This document shows positions 63,694-64,000 of a stretch of DNA of 64,000 nucleotides, one piece after another (the stretch's first letter is position 1; the number at the start of each line of letters is the position of its first letter). The notes below the pieces were generated by a model, which ran no database searches, was not told where the DNA came from, and saw only the letters and a program-made list of their open reading frames with translations. Origin of the DNA: Malacoraja senta (taxonomy: Eukaryota); assembly GCA_038087875.1 (NCBI GenBank), contig CM076001.1, forward strand, positions 436,001 through 500,000, read 5' to 3'. A program made the translations under genes and the position numbers.

Positions 63694-63833
63694 ATAGACA
63701 CAAAAATGCTGGAGTAAGTTAACGGGATGGGCAGCATCTCTAGATAGAAGGAATGGGTGACGTTTTGGGTCAAGACCCTTCTTCAAACTTCTTCAGTGTA
63801 AAGCAGCATCTGCCATTCCTTCCTACACAATTG
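63694..63833. mobile_element. Short PLE-derived insertion with inverted segments
   Basis: 11-bp TSD atccaggtcag at 63683-63693 and 63834-63844. Confidence 0.8.
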
Positions 63834-64000
63834 ATCCAGGTCAGGATGATTTTCCTAGCATTATTGCAGTGGACACATTTGAGCAAATTACATCAATGCT
63901 AATGTATCTATCAAGTTGGGTCACGTATGGGAAAAATAAATCCTTAAATGCTTGTGAAGTTCTCTCTGGCTGGAATTTAATTTTATATGAAAAGGAATAA

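Overview
Repeat-dense vertebrate intronic DNA, most likely from a cartilaginous fish (skate/ray-like, judged from HE1/V-SINE-type SINEs and CR1 LINEs with shared tails). It contains a 200-N assembly gap. The only host coding sequence I can support is three phase-compatible minus-strand exons (62769-62855, 38765-38910, 26771-26861) encoding 108 aa of a sarcomeric myosin heavy-chain rod most like MYH16. The rest is mostly nested mobile DNA: a decayed but structurally complete DIRS1-type tyrosine-recombinase retrotransposon (ITRs plus ICR, with a candidate spliceosomal intron); an internally deleted Gypsy LTR element inside a Penelope-like element (PLE); a PIF/Harbinger transposon with an open DDE transposase ORF and related MITEs; two non-autonomous Helitrons carrying minisatellites; two hAT MITEs; many CR1 and Rex1 fragments; and tRNA-derived SINEs. 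The most striking pattern is roughly twenty hammerhead-ribozyme-like motifs (CTGAAGAAGGGTCTCGACCCGAAACGTC), many on 50-350 bp PLE-derived insertions bounded by target-site duplications. Boundaries of decayed repeats are approximate, and protein family calls come from recalled motifs, not database searches.
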